Assembly (NCBI GenBank): GCA_031835245.2
Contig: JAVKOQ020000036.1
Span: 186,001-250,000 of the forward strand
Length of the DNA stretch: 64,000 bases
Reading direction: 5' to 3'
Origin: Balamuthia mandrillaris
Lineage: Eukaryota
The position numbers and the translations under genes are program-made. Under the pieces are notes generated by a model. That model was given only the letters and a program-made list of their open reading frames with translations. It was not told the DNA's origin and did no database searches. This document shows, in pieces, positions 46,189 through 59,735 of this stretch. Position 1 is the stretch's first letter. Each line of letters opens with the position of its first letter.

Positions 46189-47781
46189 TTATTTGCCGCG
46201 TTTCTTTTTCGACGTTTTATCGAGGGTGACGATGTACTTCTTGGGGATTTGGTGGATGTCCATCAAGTACTGGGCGGCTTGTTTGATCCAGGAGCCTTGC
46301 ACCTGCACCTCCTTGTTGGGAGCTGCTGTCGGTGTCTTTTTTCCTGGCAGCTCTGTTACCGTTCCGCTTGCTGCAAATTGTTTCGAAAGAGCCTACATTT
46401 GCGAAGAATACAAAAAGACTCAGAAAAGCAACGAGAAGAGAAGCAGAGAAGAGAGCGAATACATTACCTTACAAAGCTGATCTGGAGGAATGAAAAAGGT
46501 TTCAAGGCCACTGATGCAAGTCATGACCTTGCGGCCTTGTCGTTGCTCCGTGTGGATGTGTATTGGCTTTACTGGTCCTTTCCGAACCTCTGAGAACGGT
46601 CCTCTCTGCACCATATGAAAACCTTGTAGCTTATGTTCAAAACTTTTATAAAGAATGACATGTACTGACGTGTTAGAAAGCAAGAGGAAGTAGGAAAGAA
46701 ATAATAGGAGAAACATACAGTTCAGAGAGATCTTGTTTCGGTATTTCAGAACCAGCAACAGCATGCTTCTTTCCAACAACGTTGTCCACCAGAAATAGAT
46801 TGAGCTTTACCATTTTCTTGTTTGTTTCCGATGTTAAGTCATTCTTTTTGACATAGTTCCACAAGAACGTTCTTGCTTCAGCAAGGGTATAATATTCTCT
46901 AAATAGAGAAGGGTAATAATGTAAGCAAGAAAGATACGAAACAAGAAGAAGCAGAAGAAGAAGGAGAGGAAGAAGAATGTACTGAGGGACCGGTGGTAGC
47001 AAAGGGTAAAGCGTTTTTGGGAATTTGTACATTTCTTGTACAATAATATCGCCGGTTTGTTCTTCTTGTGCTCCTTCTATCGTTGCTGCTGCTCTCAGAG
47101 GTACAAACTCTTTATAGCTATGTTTGCATTGTCAATGAGTTTCAAAGTGGAAGCGAAGCAGAGCGAGAGAAAGAAAAGGTAGTCGTACTTAGGATGATTG
47201 CGATTGATTTCAGTGATTTGGAAAACACCAGGAGATGTTTCTTTCATTACGATAAGACCTCTTTGTTGCATTTCTTCGAGAAACTTTCCAAGTTTCTTCC
47301 ATTTCGTTTTTTTGATCTGCAAGGCTGGCAACTTCTCTTCAGTAACTTGTTGTGCTGCAATCATGTGGTTTGAGAAGAAGACGTTGGCAAGAATGGGCAA
47401 GTCTTTGTCTTTAACCGCGGTTGAATGTTGTCCTTTGCCTTTGATGGCGGCCATAAAGCAATACTCACAAAGTTCATCTTGACTCATTCCTGATTCTTCT
47501 TCCTCTTCCTCTTCTTTTTCTTTTTCCTGTTCAGATTCTTCCTCTGTTTGTAGTGTCTCTGTGTTAGTTACTTGATCTGTTTCCTCGGTCCGCCTTTCTT
47601 CTTCATCTTCTCCTTTTCCATTTTCTTCTTCGCTGACACCGCTGGCTTCGCTTTCTTGCGTTTCACTGGTTGCAGGACTTGGTTCGGGTGCTATTGTTGG
47701 CGGTGTTTCTTGACTGCCACTTTCCCTGTTTGCGTTTTTTGTTAATACACTAAACCCTTAAACCTTAAACCACGAAAGGAG

Positions 47782-47827
<46 letters not shown>

Positions 47828-48726
47828 AGAAGACAAACAGACCATAGCTTATCCATGAAGCAATGCAATATCTCTACACCTTTGCCTTTCATACCCTGTT
47901 GTACCAAGTTCTGACTGCTGACGCATGTTATACCTACCGCCAATGGTGCTCTGTTGTTTATGATGATCAGAAGAAGAGAACATAGAGGAGGAAGCAACAA
48001 GGACGTACAGGTTGTGTCGAGTGCGCATGGCGCACAGAGAACCAGCAGGCCAAGTGCCAAGAGCCAATGGACGACCTCCATCATAGGCACTATCCTTCGG
48101 CACGATGACACCAGGTAACATCAAGTCTTCGTATTGGAATCGAGTTAGGAAGGTCCAAAGAGTGAGAAAGAAGAGTATCAGACAGAAGCAGAATAACAGA
48201 AGCGCGACTTTTGAAAAGAAAATAAACAACAAAACAGAGAATGGAGAAGTGGTACCAGCGCCACCAACAAGTTTTTCAAAGACAGGAGCATGAATGCTGA
48301 AGGTAGGGACCAACAGCGTTGGCACTCGCCACAATGTGTATACTATCATTCGTTCAAAGTTAAGGAAAGAACAAGAAGAAGAAGAAGAAGAAGAAGAAGA
48401 AGAAGAAGAAGAAGAAGAAGAAGAAGAAGAAGAAGAAGAAGAAGAACAAGAACAAGAACAAGAACAAGAACAAGAACAAGAACAAGAACAAGAACAAGAA
48501 CAAGAACAAGAACAAGAACAAGAACAAGAACAAGAACAAGAACAAGAACAAGAACAAGAACAAGAACAAGGAGTTAAAACCTGTGGGAATGTACAACGGA
48601 GAGCCAGAGGGATGGTGAAAGAAGAGAGGCACGTTGTCACTGCATAGAATGGACATACGAGAGCCGCTTATCGTCTGTACTGCTATCTCTTTTCCTTTCA
48701 ACGGCAACAACTGTTATGAAAGAAGG

Positions 48727-48773
<47 letters not shown>

Positions 48774-48942
48774 GAGTGTCCCTCATCCAACGCCGGAAAA
48801 TAACGAATAGTGGTATGTGTACATCGTTGAGAGCTTCTTCAGTGAGGTGAGGGTAGATACGAGCCACATCAGCTCTGACCCTTCGCAAGTCGCTCTTTTT
48901 CAACAGGTTCTTCTTCTGCACCCTAAACTCCTTCCGAAACAT
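46189..48942 (-). CDS. EIF2D: eIF2D/ligatin (PUA, SWIB and SUI1 domains)
   Basis: MFRKEFRVQKKNLLKKSDLRR; PTVYTLW; VFEKLVGGADLMLPG; GMKGKGVEILH; IKKTKWKKLGKFL; IHTEQRQGRKVMTCISGLETF; LQVQG. Confidence 0.93.
48369..48570. repeat. Compound intronic microsatellite (GAA)n-(GAACAA)n
   Basis: Seen directly in an eIF2D intron. Confidence 0.95.
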
Positions 48943-49333
48943 CGTTTGGCCCAAACAACAATGAACTCTTCTCTGCTTCTTCTTTGCTTTTCTCTTCTTC
49001 GGTTTAAAGCTGCACCACTTGTGCGCAACTTATGACCAACTCTTGCCCATTTTTCTGCGTTCAACCCCTCAAGTGAATTTTTTCTTTTGCGGTTGGTGGC
49101 CTGCTAGCTACATCATCTCCCCCGCTGCTCCTGTTCGTTCGCCAAGGCACTCTGAGGTTCGCGCATGGTCCGCAGAAACAACCGGGAAGCTGCACCTCTC
49201 TGACGGGCTTTTTGGTGTCCAATGAGGTTCATTTTGACAAAAAAAAAAAAGCTTTTCTGTAGACAATTAACCCTCAAACAAGCTTTCTTCTTTGTTTTTT
49301 TGAAGAGAGAGAGAGAGAGAGAGAAATGGTCTC

Positions 49334-49772
49334 TCACCGATGCTGTTCCTGCTGGGGTTGATGGTGTTGGGAAGCAGCAGAGGTAGAAGCACTCAAACTG
49401 TTGTTGTTGTTGCTGTGAGGATGGTGAGGATGAGAAAAAGGGTTCAATGCATAGACTAACTTCCGAGGGATGGCCACGATGCTCCACTGTTGTTGGTGGT
49501 GCTGTAATGCGTGTTGATGTTGTTGCTGCTGCATTCGGCTGATGTCTTTCATTCTTCTTTTGATCTCACTGCGTTTGCCGTGTCTTCGGCCAAGGAAGTA
49601 GCCTCCTATTGTTGTTGTTATCCACGCTGCTCCTACCATCTTTCCGAAAGTTTAGAAACATGAAAGCAAGTGAGCAGAGTACATAGAAAAAGAAAGAAGA
49701 GTCCAGACGAAGAGAAAGAGAGCAATAAGATGAAACGAGAAGCGAATGAGAGAACACAGTCAAGAAGATGAG

Positions 49773-49814
<42 letters not shown>

Positions 49815-50020
49815 AGAACCCTAGGTAACCACTCCTCATAGATCTGCCTCCGGCGTTTTCGCCTTCTACGTCGCGCCTGGTCCCTGAGGGCCTGGTCCTG
49901 CATGGCCTGCACCTTCTCCTGCAGCCAGCTCTCCCTGGACCAGCTGTTGGCAGCCACGAAGCCTCCAGTCAACAATGCTCCGCCGGACACCGCAGAAAGC
50001 GCTTTATTTTGTACAACCAT
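49334..50020 (-). CDS. Small hypothetical membrane protein (2 exons)
   Basis: Exon 50020-~49820, TC-rich intron, exon ~49639-49334; two hydrophobic Gly-rich segments and basic stretches. Confidence 0.55.
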
Positions 50021-50554
50021 CTCTGTTTAATTTGTGAAAGAGAAGAGAGGAGTTTTTTGTTGTGGGTTTCTTTGTTGTAAAGACCAAAAAGAAAGGAGGA
50101 AAGGAGTGGACCGAACGTTTGAAGCCTTGCCAGAGTTTCCCCATGGTTGTCGTTAATGTACAAGGTAGTACCCACTTGTGGTCTTGATGATAATTAAATT
50201 TTTCTATGACGTCTTCTTAGAAGGAAGTTTCTTCTTGGGCGAGGAGAGGGACCTGAGAGGGTCAAGCTCACATCCACAAAAAGCCGCGAGAAAAGAGAAC
50301 GGCAGGGAGGGGAGAGCCGACAGGAAAGAAAGAGAACCAAAGGGCTTGCTTTCTTCTTTGGTGAAATTAGTGGATAGTGCAACTATCCAGAGCAAAAGTT
50401 GACCACGCTGTACACCCGGAAAATAGCGGGTCATGTGATGGACAATCTTGATAAGCAAAAGGTAACCGACCAAGACCAAGAAAGAGTGGAGCAAATTAAG
50501 TGACATATTTCATATTCTTGGAATTCCGATAATGCTTGACATTCCGGTGGTTGT

Positions 50555-51474
50555 CTACAAGAAAAAGCCTTTTCTCTTCTTCTCCGCTTTGTCTTGCGCC
50601 ATCCACGCCGGCGGCTCCTCCTCCTGCGTGACCCGTTTGTTCGCGACCGGCGAGTTCATGGAATGAATGTCGCTCTGCAATGCCTCCAACATCTTTTCCG
50701 CCATTTCCGCTCGCAGCCGCCATCTCTCCATCATCATCTCCACCTCTTTGGGAGAATAGTTCCGTTTGGCATCTTCTTCCTGTTCTTCTGCTTCCCCCAT
50801 AATGGAAGCTTTACGTTTTTGTTGTTGCGTTGGTGTTGTTTTCATTTCAGAAAGCTCTTGGTCTTCTGTAAAATACTTTTGCCGAAGCCGTTCTTTCCAT
50901 AATTCCTTCAACAATTCCGCCTTCAGCCCTTCTAAAGTGGTAGACGATGCAACCGCTTCTTGCAAAGAAGGAGGAAGAGAAGGAGAAGGCGAAGAGGAAG
51001 CCGAGGGTGGGTGGTGCATCGAAAGAGAAACGAAAGCCATCCTCGGGTAACAAACCCAAGCGATGGCCACGACCAGAAGAATCATTAAGCAAGTGACAAC
51101 GAAGCGTCTATGCTGCATCGCCCACTCCAAAGCTTCGTTCGACACTTCCATCAACATCTGTTGGTTTCGTTGGATGGCCCACCGCTGCATGTCTTTTCTT
51201 CCTTCTTCCTTTTCAATCTCTTCTTTGATTCCTGCTGTAAGGGGAGGTAATGGTGCGCATTCCGTTGCTTCTTCGTCTTCATCATCGCTGAGAAGAGCCT
51301 CTTCGTTTTGTTGTGCTGTTAAATTATTGATGTCATCGGAAGATGACGAAGGAGAAAAAGACCCCGAGTCGAGGTAAGCCTTGTTGGCGATTCTGGTTTG
51401 AGCAGAACGTATCCACAAAGAATGGTAGTCCATTATGTTGCTCAGCATGCGTTTTTCGAGATAAGCTGTTAGGA

Positions 51475-51521
<47 letters not shown>

Positions 51522-51965
51522 AAAAATGTGAACAAAGAGGTGAGCAATAAGATGGAAGAAGAAACAGGGAGCAAAACAAACATTTTATGAGGCGAGGTTC
51601 AGCTTTCCAGTTGACCCGAAAGTAAAACTTAACAGCAAGTTTGTCCACGTCCAAAGGAGAAAATATTACATAAGTCACAACGTTGAAAAAGTTGGAATAA
51701 GGAACGCCTTTAGATGTTGTAATGGTGCCTATCAATAAATCCCTGCTACAGACGAAGTTTTAAAAAAGAATTAGCGAGCAAAAGAAAGCGAAACATGAAC
51801 CTTACTATTTACCTGTTTTCGCTTAAACAAACGTTTTGTTTGTAGCTAGTATGAACAGGTCCTGAACTCAACCTGGAATTCACATCGCTCTCGACGCTCA
51901 TCTTTCGTTGAATGAATCCTCTACTGGTTGCTCTCCATTCACCCACCGTTAATACTGCATTGAGA

Positions 51966-52003
<38 letters not shown>

Positions 52004-52770
52004 AGAAACGTGAACAAAAAACCTTCAAGCAGGAAACAAACCTCTATCCTTTTTCAACTCGTGAACGTGAATAAAGTGGTTGTTCCTTGGTTGAATAAAC
52101 CATGTCCAGAAAGAGGGAAGGTCCATGTGCAGGATAGCTTCCAAATCAGGTGTTCTCGTCTTTTTTGGAGGTTTGATACCAACAGAGCGAGCCACAGGTG
52201 GCAACTTGGCTTGTCTGAGGCGTGATGATGACGCTTTCGCTCTGTTCTCATCTTCATTCACTATAATAGCGTTTTCTGCATCGGCAGCCTCCTTTTCAAC
52301 AACAAAAACTTCACCTTCAGCTCCTTCGTCGTTTCGTTCGATTACTTCTTTCCTTCTTGGTTTTCGTTTGATTTCTTTCTTCTCGCCAACTTCATTAGTA
52401 GCTTCGTAGCCATCACCAACAACCTCAACAACCTCTCGAGGCTTTGTCACTTGTTGAACCTCGCGAGGTTTTCGTTCCGAAATGTCAGTCGATGAAGATG
52501 GTGAGGAAGCAGAAGAAGCAGTAAAAGCAGAGACGAGGGAGACCTCTCCAGCGACGTTCGTTGGTTCGTCGTAGTTAGGCTGAAGCTCTGGAAGAATGGT
52601 CGTTCCTTGTTGAACAGGAGCCACCTGAACTGTTTCTTGGTCATGGATTTTGTCGATTACTGTTTCTTGCAATAGTTTTGGTTTTCGGTCCTTATGAGAT
52701 GCACCGTCTGTTACATCTCCATATCCCTTTAAAAAAGACTAAATAGTGAGCGGAGTGTTTTTGGAAAGAG

Positions 52771-52818
<48 letters not shown>

Positions 52819-52947
52819 AATGTTTTGAACCTCTTCCTGCAGCGTGGTCTCCCATGCATGTTTTAGAGTCCTGTAGGCTAACCCTACATCCAAAAAACCT
52901 GTAAACTGATACTGAACCCCAAAAAAATAAAAGTGTGAGGGTGATTG

Positions 52948-52987
<40 letters not shown>

Positions 52988-53581
52988 CATACTTTGCGAC
53001 CATGAGACTCCACAATGATGGAATTCTGGAAGCTGCTGGATTGATCAATCTCCCATTTAATCGCATCCACTTCCCAAAGGCCCACGTGCAGCTGTCAACA
53101 CAAAATGGAAAGAAGGTTGTCAGCGTAGGAGAGAGGAGGGAAAGGGAGCAGTGAACTGGAGAGAGAATGAAATAAGAATGGAAGGGAAGAGAAGCTAATT
53201 ACCTCAAACTCTTTGTCTTCCGACCGAAAAGTCACGCTGTGGGAACGAACTGTCATGGTGCCATCATAAGCCTGTCCTCGTTGATCTTTCACCTCTCTCC
53301 AATGCGTACACAGAAAGTCTATCCCACAAACAGGATATAAAAAAGGGGGTGAGCAGAGAGAAGACAGATGAAGAGCTAAGCGCACAACATAGGACAACAA
53401 AAGAGACGAAGAATGAGAGAGAGAGAGAGAGAACACCCAAAGCAGTACCATTTCCTTCGGCGGCAAAGTCTTCCAATTCGTTGGAGTAAACGCGCCTGGA
53501 GCTTCGGTGCCTCACGCCTCCTTTGTGTCTTTTATGCTTGTCCTTGGAACCCAAATGCAAGGCCGACTTTAACGCTTTCAT
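50555..53581 (-). CDS. GRAM plus VASt (StART-like) lipid-transfer protein with TM helix (LAM/Aster/GRAMD1-like)
   Basis: GRAM-like YDGTMTV..VTFRS..SIIVESHGRKYQFTGF..AYRTL; VASt TSKGVPYSNFFNVVT..V.W..RLIK; TM FVVTCLMILLVVAIAWVCY; C-terminal coiled coil. Confidence 0.85.
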
Positions 53582-53879
53582 TTCTTCACTTCTTCTGATT
53601 TGCTTTTTGGTATTAAACAGAATAAAACGATGTATAAAGCATCTGCAAAGAAGAAAGAGGAGCTATTTAAACAAATTGAGAGGAGAGGAGAGGAAGGGTT
53701 GGTACGAACCACAAACAGCAAAACGTCAACGGATGGAGTTTTAAAAAAACAAACCTAAAGAGAAAAAGAGTAAAGCGCGAATATAACTGGTGGAAAGTGC
53801 ATTGCAAATCGGTGTAGAAGTGGTGAAGTTTCGTGGACATGAGAGAGGAGAGGAGACAGGAACACGAAAAAACATCGCG

Positions 53880-53913
53880 AAGAGGAGGAAGGGAGGGTGG
53901 GGGGAGAGAGTGA

Positions 53914-53953
<40 letters not shown>

Positions 53954-54300
53954 GAGAGGGAGAGAGGAGAGGGAGGGAGAGGGAGGGAGAGAGGGAGGGA
54001 GAGAGGGAGAGGGAGAGGAAGAGGGAGAGGGAGAGGGAGAGAGAGGAGAGGGAGAGGGAGAGGGAGAGGGGAGGGAGAGGGAGAGGGAGAGGAGAGAGGA
54101 GAGAGAAGGAGAGAGGGAGAGGAGAGAGGGAGAGGGAGAGGGAGAGGGAGAGGAGAGAGGAGAGGGAGAGGAGAGAGAGAGGGGGAGAGGGAGAGGGAGA
54201 GGAGGAGGAGAGGGAGAGGGAGAGAGAGAGGAGAGGGAGAGAGGGAGAGGGAGAGGGAGAGAGAGAGAGAGAGAGAGTGGGAGAGGGAGAGGGAGAAAGA
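53880..54300. repeat. About 420-bp nearly pure purine (GA/GGGAGA) tract
   Basis: Seen directly; lies between the CSN2 3' end and the GRAM-VASt gene start. Confidence 0.95.
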
Positions 54301-54372
54301 ATGTTTGTGTAAACAAAAAAAAATTGAATTTTGAGAGAGCCAAATAATGAACAAACAAACAATATCGCGAGG

Positions 54373-55894
54373 TTAGGCGACCTTGTTGAGGAGAGCATTG
54401 TGCAAGCTATGCAGCTGCGAAGTCCACTTTTGCAAATGACCGTACTTGGCCACTGAACCTCTGTTAAGCCAACAACAACAACAAAATTGTGTTAGAAAGC
54501 AGGAAGGAAAGAAGGGAAGGAATAAATGAAACAAGAGGACAGCAAAGAAAGAAGAGTAAGAGAAAACACAAACCCTTGGTCAAGATACAACAACTGGTTG
54601 ACCTGATCGATTTGGCCTTCGATCCTGCTGTCCTTGTCGGTGGAGAGGATCAAAAAGACAAGCAGTTCTTGCACGTCCAGCGTAGAGATGTTGAGCTGCT
54701 TGGCGAGGAAGGGCAGGTGCACGCGGGTGTAGGGCTTGATCATCTTCAAGAGGGCCTGTGTGCGGATCTCCCGCAGCACGTTCTCCATGAACTGGGCGAT
54801 GAAAGGGTCCCCCATGATGACGGAACGGTGCTCTTTGAGGATCTTCTCGAACCTATTGATCTCATTGTTTTGATATGCGCTCAGCAGCTCTGACATTGGT
54901 TTAATTTCAGCATGGTTCTGCAAACTGTTGACATAGTGTTTGTTTCGTAAGTACGTGTTTTTTCTATCGGAAAAAAAAAGTGAAGGGTACAAGAAAACAA
55001 AAGAACAGAGAAGAATGAGCAAAGATGAAGAACGAAGAAGTACGTTTTCGTTTCAGGCGAGTCGAAGGGAGAAATGTCGGAAAGCATCAACATGTTGGCA
55101 AGCAGGATGTACTTGAGGCAAGGGATCTTGAAGCGACTGCCTGCCTCTTCGAAAAAGTTGAAAGCCTCGAAAAAGGCAGAGTAGGCATCGTTCCATTGGT
55201 GCTCCTCCATTTTGAGCTTACCGCCCACAAAGTGAAAGATGGCCAATTTGCTGTTGAGAGTACCTGGGTTCTTCCTTGCTGTCTCGAAGCCTTTCTCATA
55301 GTATTCCTAATTAATACATTAAAATCGGTTAAAAACAAAGAACAGGAGAAATCGGTTAAAAACAAAGAACAGGAGAAGATACGCAGAGAGAGAGAGAGAG
55401 AGAAAGAAAGAGTGTTCAGCAGTCCAGACATATTCAAAAATTGGTATTCATCATATGTGGCTGTTTTCTCTCCCTTCTACTCAATTTCACCTCTGAACAA
55501 ACAAAGAACAGAACACAAACAATACATATAAAAACATACCTTTGTCCTCTTCCTATCCTTCTTTTCCATGTACATTTGGATGGCCAAAGAATAAATGTCA
55601 AGCAACTGGTTGCCTTTCTTGGGGTTTTCTGTTCCGTCCTCCAACATGCAAGAAGCGGTCAGGTCCGCCAAGATCTGTCATGGAAAATAGCGGTGAGATC
55701 TCTTTTCGTTGGCCGAAAGGAGGAGAGAGGGGGTCCAGTTGCGGAACAAACCTTCTCCAGTTTCTTGAACATCTTTTTGTCAAACATTCGCTGAGCCAAC
55801 TTCAGATTTGTCTTGAACCACAAGTTCTATACAACGAGAGAATGGAGCGTTATTGGCTGTGTGGTTGGCACATGGGGGTTTTTTTTAAAAAGAG

Positions 55895-55941
<47 letters not shown>

Positions 55942-56390
55942 ACCTCGTTGTTGGCGGCCTTCATAGCAGCCAAAGACATTTCGTAGAGTTGCAACACCAA
56001 CTCGGTTTGAGTGGCAGCAGCGGAGGAGACAGAGTCAAGGATCTTTGTGATCCCCTTGAAGAGGTCGTTTTCGGTGATGCCGTTCTTCTTGGAGTTGTAG
56101 GAGAGCAGCTCCTGATAGCGCTTCAGCAGTTTTTCTTGATCGCCGAGTTTGAAGGTCAGTTTCACGATTTTCTTCAGCGCTTTGAAGCTCCTGTTTTGAT
56201 TTGTTTGTTTGTGAGTGAGGAGAGCACCACAAGAGAAGATGAGGGGAAGGTGAAAGAAAAAAGACGTACCACTCGCCGTGTCGGTCCTCCTTTTCATGCT
56301 CCATGTCCAACACCTTTTGGAAGCCTTTGATGGCGGCATTGATTCCTTCCTCTTCCTCCAGGTCTGAAACACAAAATCAGTTACAGAAGT

Positions 56391-56430
<40 letters not shown>

Positions 56431-56634
56431 ACAAACAACAGTCATACACAAACGTAGAAAAAAAAACAGAGCAGAGGGAAACGTTTTTGTTTAATCCTAA
56501 CCTTTGCTTCGGTAGTACTGGTTCTCTATTTCCACTCCTTCGTCCTCGTCTCCCTCCTCCAAATCGGAGCCCTCCTCGATATCGTCCTCATTCCAGTCAT
56601 CCTCCTCCAGCATAAAATCTTCGTCGTCGGACAT
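54373..56634 (-). CDS. COPS2: COP9 signalosome subunit 2 (PCI domain)
   Basis: [107 protein letters not shown]. Confidence 0.95.
55413..55499 (-). ncRNA. Candidate intronic box C/D snoRNA (SNORD66-like guide for SSU rRNA 2'-O-methylation)
   Basis: Lies in CSN2 intron ~55307-55540 on the sense strand: terminal inverted repeat TGTTCAG/CTGAACA, ATGATGA box, guide TATGTCTGGACTG and D box CTGA. The guide is complementary to conserved SSU GGUCCAGACAUA. Confidence 0.65.
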
Positions 56635-57159
56635 GATGGTGCTTGTTGTTGTTGTGGGTGGTGGGTTGGGGTGGGGTGGGGGTAAGCTGCTCTGCGCTAC
56701 ACGATTCAGTGGGATTGGGGGGGGGAAGGTAGCGCTCTCACAGGCCGAAAGAGAGAAAGGGGACACAACAGCCGAAAAAATTAAATGCTAACTTTTTTTT
56801 CTTTCTCGCTGAAAAATTTTCCCACAATCAAAGTTCGGCGTTCGACTCCTCGTTAAATCCCCCGTCGTCCCGAAAAAAGGTTGGAATGTTATGTATGCCA
56901 AGCATCTTTGGTATGCGTGTCGACAGCATCTTCCTGCCACGGAGGACCGGATTGAGGACCTCTTTATGTAACTCTCCCTTTTCTTGTTGCTTTATTTTTC
57001 GCTGCTACTAGAGTTAACAAAGACAATGGCACACTTTGGTAGTGGTAGAGCGTGGCTTGAGAATGATTTGAGCAATATGGCACATCGAAATTGTAATGCT
57101 GGCACCATTCTCACTCAAAGTGAATGCATTTATGTTGGAGAACATCATTACAAATGGCC

Positions 57160-57208
<49 letters not shown>

Positions 57209-57348
57209 CCTTGTTCGTTTAAACTGTGGCCGGCTGCAAGGGGAGGAAGGGCCGGCCAGGAGAAGAAAAGGAATTAATATATAGAAAAGAAAAAAAAGGA
57301 GGGGTAAAAAAGAGGTGAGGTATTATTATTATGTTCTGACAACAGCTT

Positions 57349-58035
57349 TTACAACCAGAAAGCGTGGAGCGAGGCAGCAGCAGCGCACTCATCCTCCGGA
57401 CATTGGTCAGCCTCGGGCAAGTCGCAAGGGTCGGTGATGCTGCTGTCGCCAATGGAGTAGTCCAAAAGGATAGGAACAGACAGGAGGGAGACATCCAAAG
57501 CGTGCACCTCAAGGTTGACACTGTCGACGGTGAAGGTGGTGGCGCCGTGACCCAAATGTGTGCCGTGGAAGACAAGGTAGAGACCGCCCAATAAGGGGAC
57601 CTCGTAGATAGTAATTTCGATCGTTCCTTCGTCTGTTTCCAGCTCGTGGGACAGAGAAGCGGTGTCTGAATCACCCTGAAAGGTGTAGGCAACTGTGGCA
57701 CCAATGGAGATGGGGCAACGACCGATGTGAATGGTGACGGATTGAACGCTGGCGCTGAGGGAATCGTCAAAATCCAAGAGATCAGGGTTGCCTGCACAGG
57801 TCACACTGAGATGTTCCGTGAAGCATTCAAACTTATCTTGGGTTTGGGAGAGCCATCAAAAGAACAGCGATTGGGGCGGGTTTTGGGCATAGTGTTTGTT
57901 TGTTTGATCGTTTGTTGGTTGGTTGTTTGGTTGGTTGGTTGGTTTGTTTGTTAGTTGGTAAGTTTGTTTGGTCAGTGAGTTAGTTTGCTTACCGTCATTG
58001 CCATAAACACAGTCACCTCCTGTGCGTATGAGAGA

Positions 58036-58079
<44 letters not shown>

Positions 58080-58746
58080 GAGAAAGAGAAGAGAAGAGAG
58101 ACAAGAGACGAGAGACGAGAGACGAGAAAGAAACTTAAGAATGTGGCGATGACAAAAAGGAGAGCAACCAAGCAAAAACAAACAAACCAGAGCAGCTGCG
58201 AGTTGCTACAGGCTTTGTTCCACCGCACTTATAGTCGTCAGTCTTTTGACCATCTAACTCACAAAACACTTCCCGACTCTGTTGGCAGTCCTCCTGACAG
58301 GTGCCCCACGACGAAGTCGCCCATTGAGCCTCTTCCTCCTCCACAGGGATGCAAACCCCTCGGATGTCGTACTCGAGGGGGCAGGCGTACCAAAAGTTGG
58401 TGCAAGTTACGGTCACGCTGATCTGTGAGGACCCTCCCACGTTTGAGGAGGCGCTGTTGTAGCAATATACGTGGTCATCGCTGGAGGCGCCCGTATAATA
58501 CATCGAGGATTCTGCGTGGTCCTTAGTGCGAACCGTGAAGGTGCTTTCGTCGGTGGAATGAATCCTGAGTTCTGAGATGGCAGCAATTTCACCGTTATCG
58601 CAAGACCCACTGAAAAGTTGGCGGGTGGCTCCAGCACTGACCACAGCCTCATCCATGCATGCCACGCAATTACACTGAGCAAGGGAACCGAGGGGAACCG
58701 CTGCAAGCAACAAGAGCACCAGCAAAGGGAGTTCTGGGTTGAGCAT
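57349..58746 (-). CDS. Secreted Cys-rich protein with a thrombospondin type-1-like module (3 exons)
   Basis: Signal peptide; WATSSWGTC..C.QSREVFC..C..KP...RSC; exons 58746-~58190, ~58021-57992 and ~57836-57349. Confidence 0.8.
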
Positions 58747-59485
58747 ATCGTGTTACAAAGGAATTGTGTTGTGAAAGTATTGTTTGTTGGCAAGAAGAAA
58801 AAGAAAAAAACAGCACCAGAAGTTGGTGCATTTATTGCATGTCAAGTAAGTTTTTTTTAAAACTGGTCTCATCATTTTTGTTTAATTAATGCCGAGTTTT
58901 GAATGCAAACTCCGAAATTGTAGTCTTTTTTTGGAAATGCAATTCGATAGTTTCCAAAACTGGAAAGAACGTGCCAAAATGGTGCATGGTTATGTTGCAT
59001 GCTTCACCAATCGTGTCGCTCCTTACCCCAACCAATTATTTCGTTTATCCTTTCAGTCTCGAGAAAATTCGTCAATAGCAGTCTTACTGTTGTTTACTCC
59101 TCATTTATACCATTTACTAGGAAACCAGATTTAGTGCATGACGCATTTTTTCATTTAACTAAATGGCAACTTTTTGCCTCGTCTTGTTCATTTATCAATT
59201 CCGAAGCCTCTTTTGCCAACCAATCGCAAAGAATAAAGCAGAGCAATATACTTGGTTGCCAGATGCACCCGAACAAGTCTTGGGTTTATTCACAAGAAAA
59301 GAGGTGTGGACCAAAGTGTGTGCTTTGAGTATGTCATCCTATTACAGCTAACACGCATACTGAAGATGCTTGTCATATATGTATAACATTCCATCTTCTC
59401 TCTCACAGATTGGTCTGATTTATGGACTAAACCCTCTACTCTGGAAAGCTCTTTAACTTCTCAACAGACCTTGTCAGGGAGTATG

Positions 59486-59734
59486 TCACCAGTGATGTCT
59501 TGAAGGATATAGGCTCTGATAATGGTGCAGTAGTGGATGATGAAGGGACCAAGAAATTTGGGGTTGGTTTTGGAGTTTGTTGACGAGTTTTTCAACAGCT
59601 AGATGTACTTCTGTTGGTGTACTGCTGATTGTTGAATGATAAGAATTGTTTAAGTTTCCAATAACCAACTCAAGTACTTGTTTCCAGGTTTTAGTACCCT
59701 CTGTAGTCATAAACTGGAATAACAACTGCTTCAT
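59486..59734 (-). mobile_element. Relic of an rve-type integrase (C-terminal half of the catalytic core)
   Basis: KQLLFQFMTTEGTKTWKQVLELVIGNLNNSYHSTISSTPTEV matches the post-catalytic-Glu W..L....YNxxxHSTI..TP signature. Flanked by degenerate AT-rich DNA. Confidence 0.65.
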
Positions 59735-59735
59735 A

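Noticed and set aside
56836..56852. tRNA B-box-like GTTCGACTCC
   Set aside because: The T-stem is mismatched and no cloverleaf or A box can be built.
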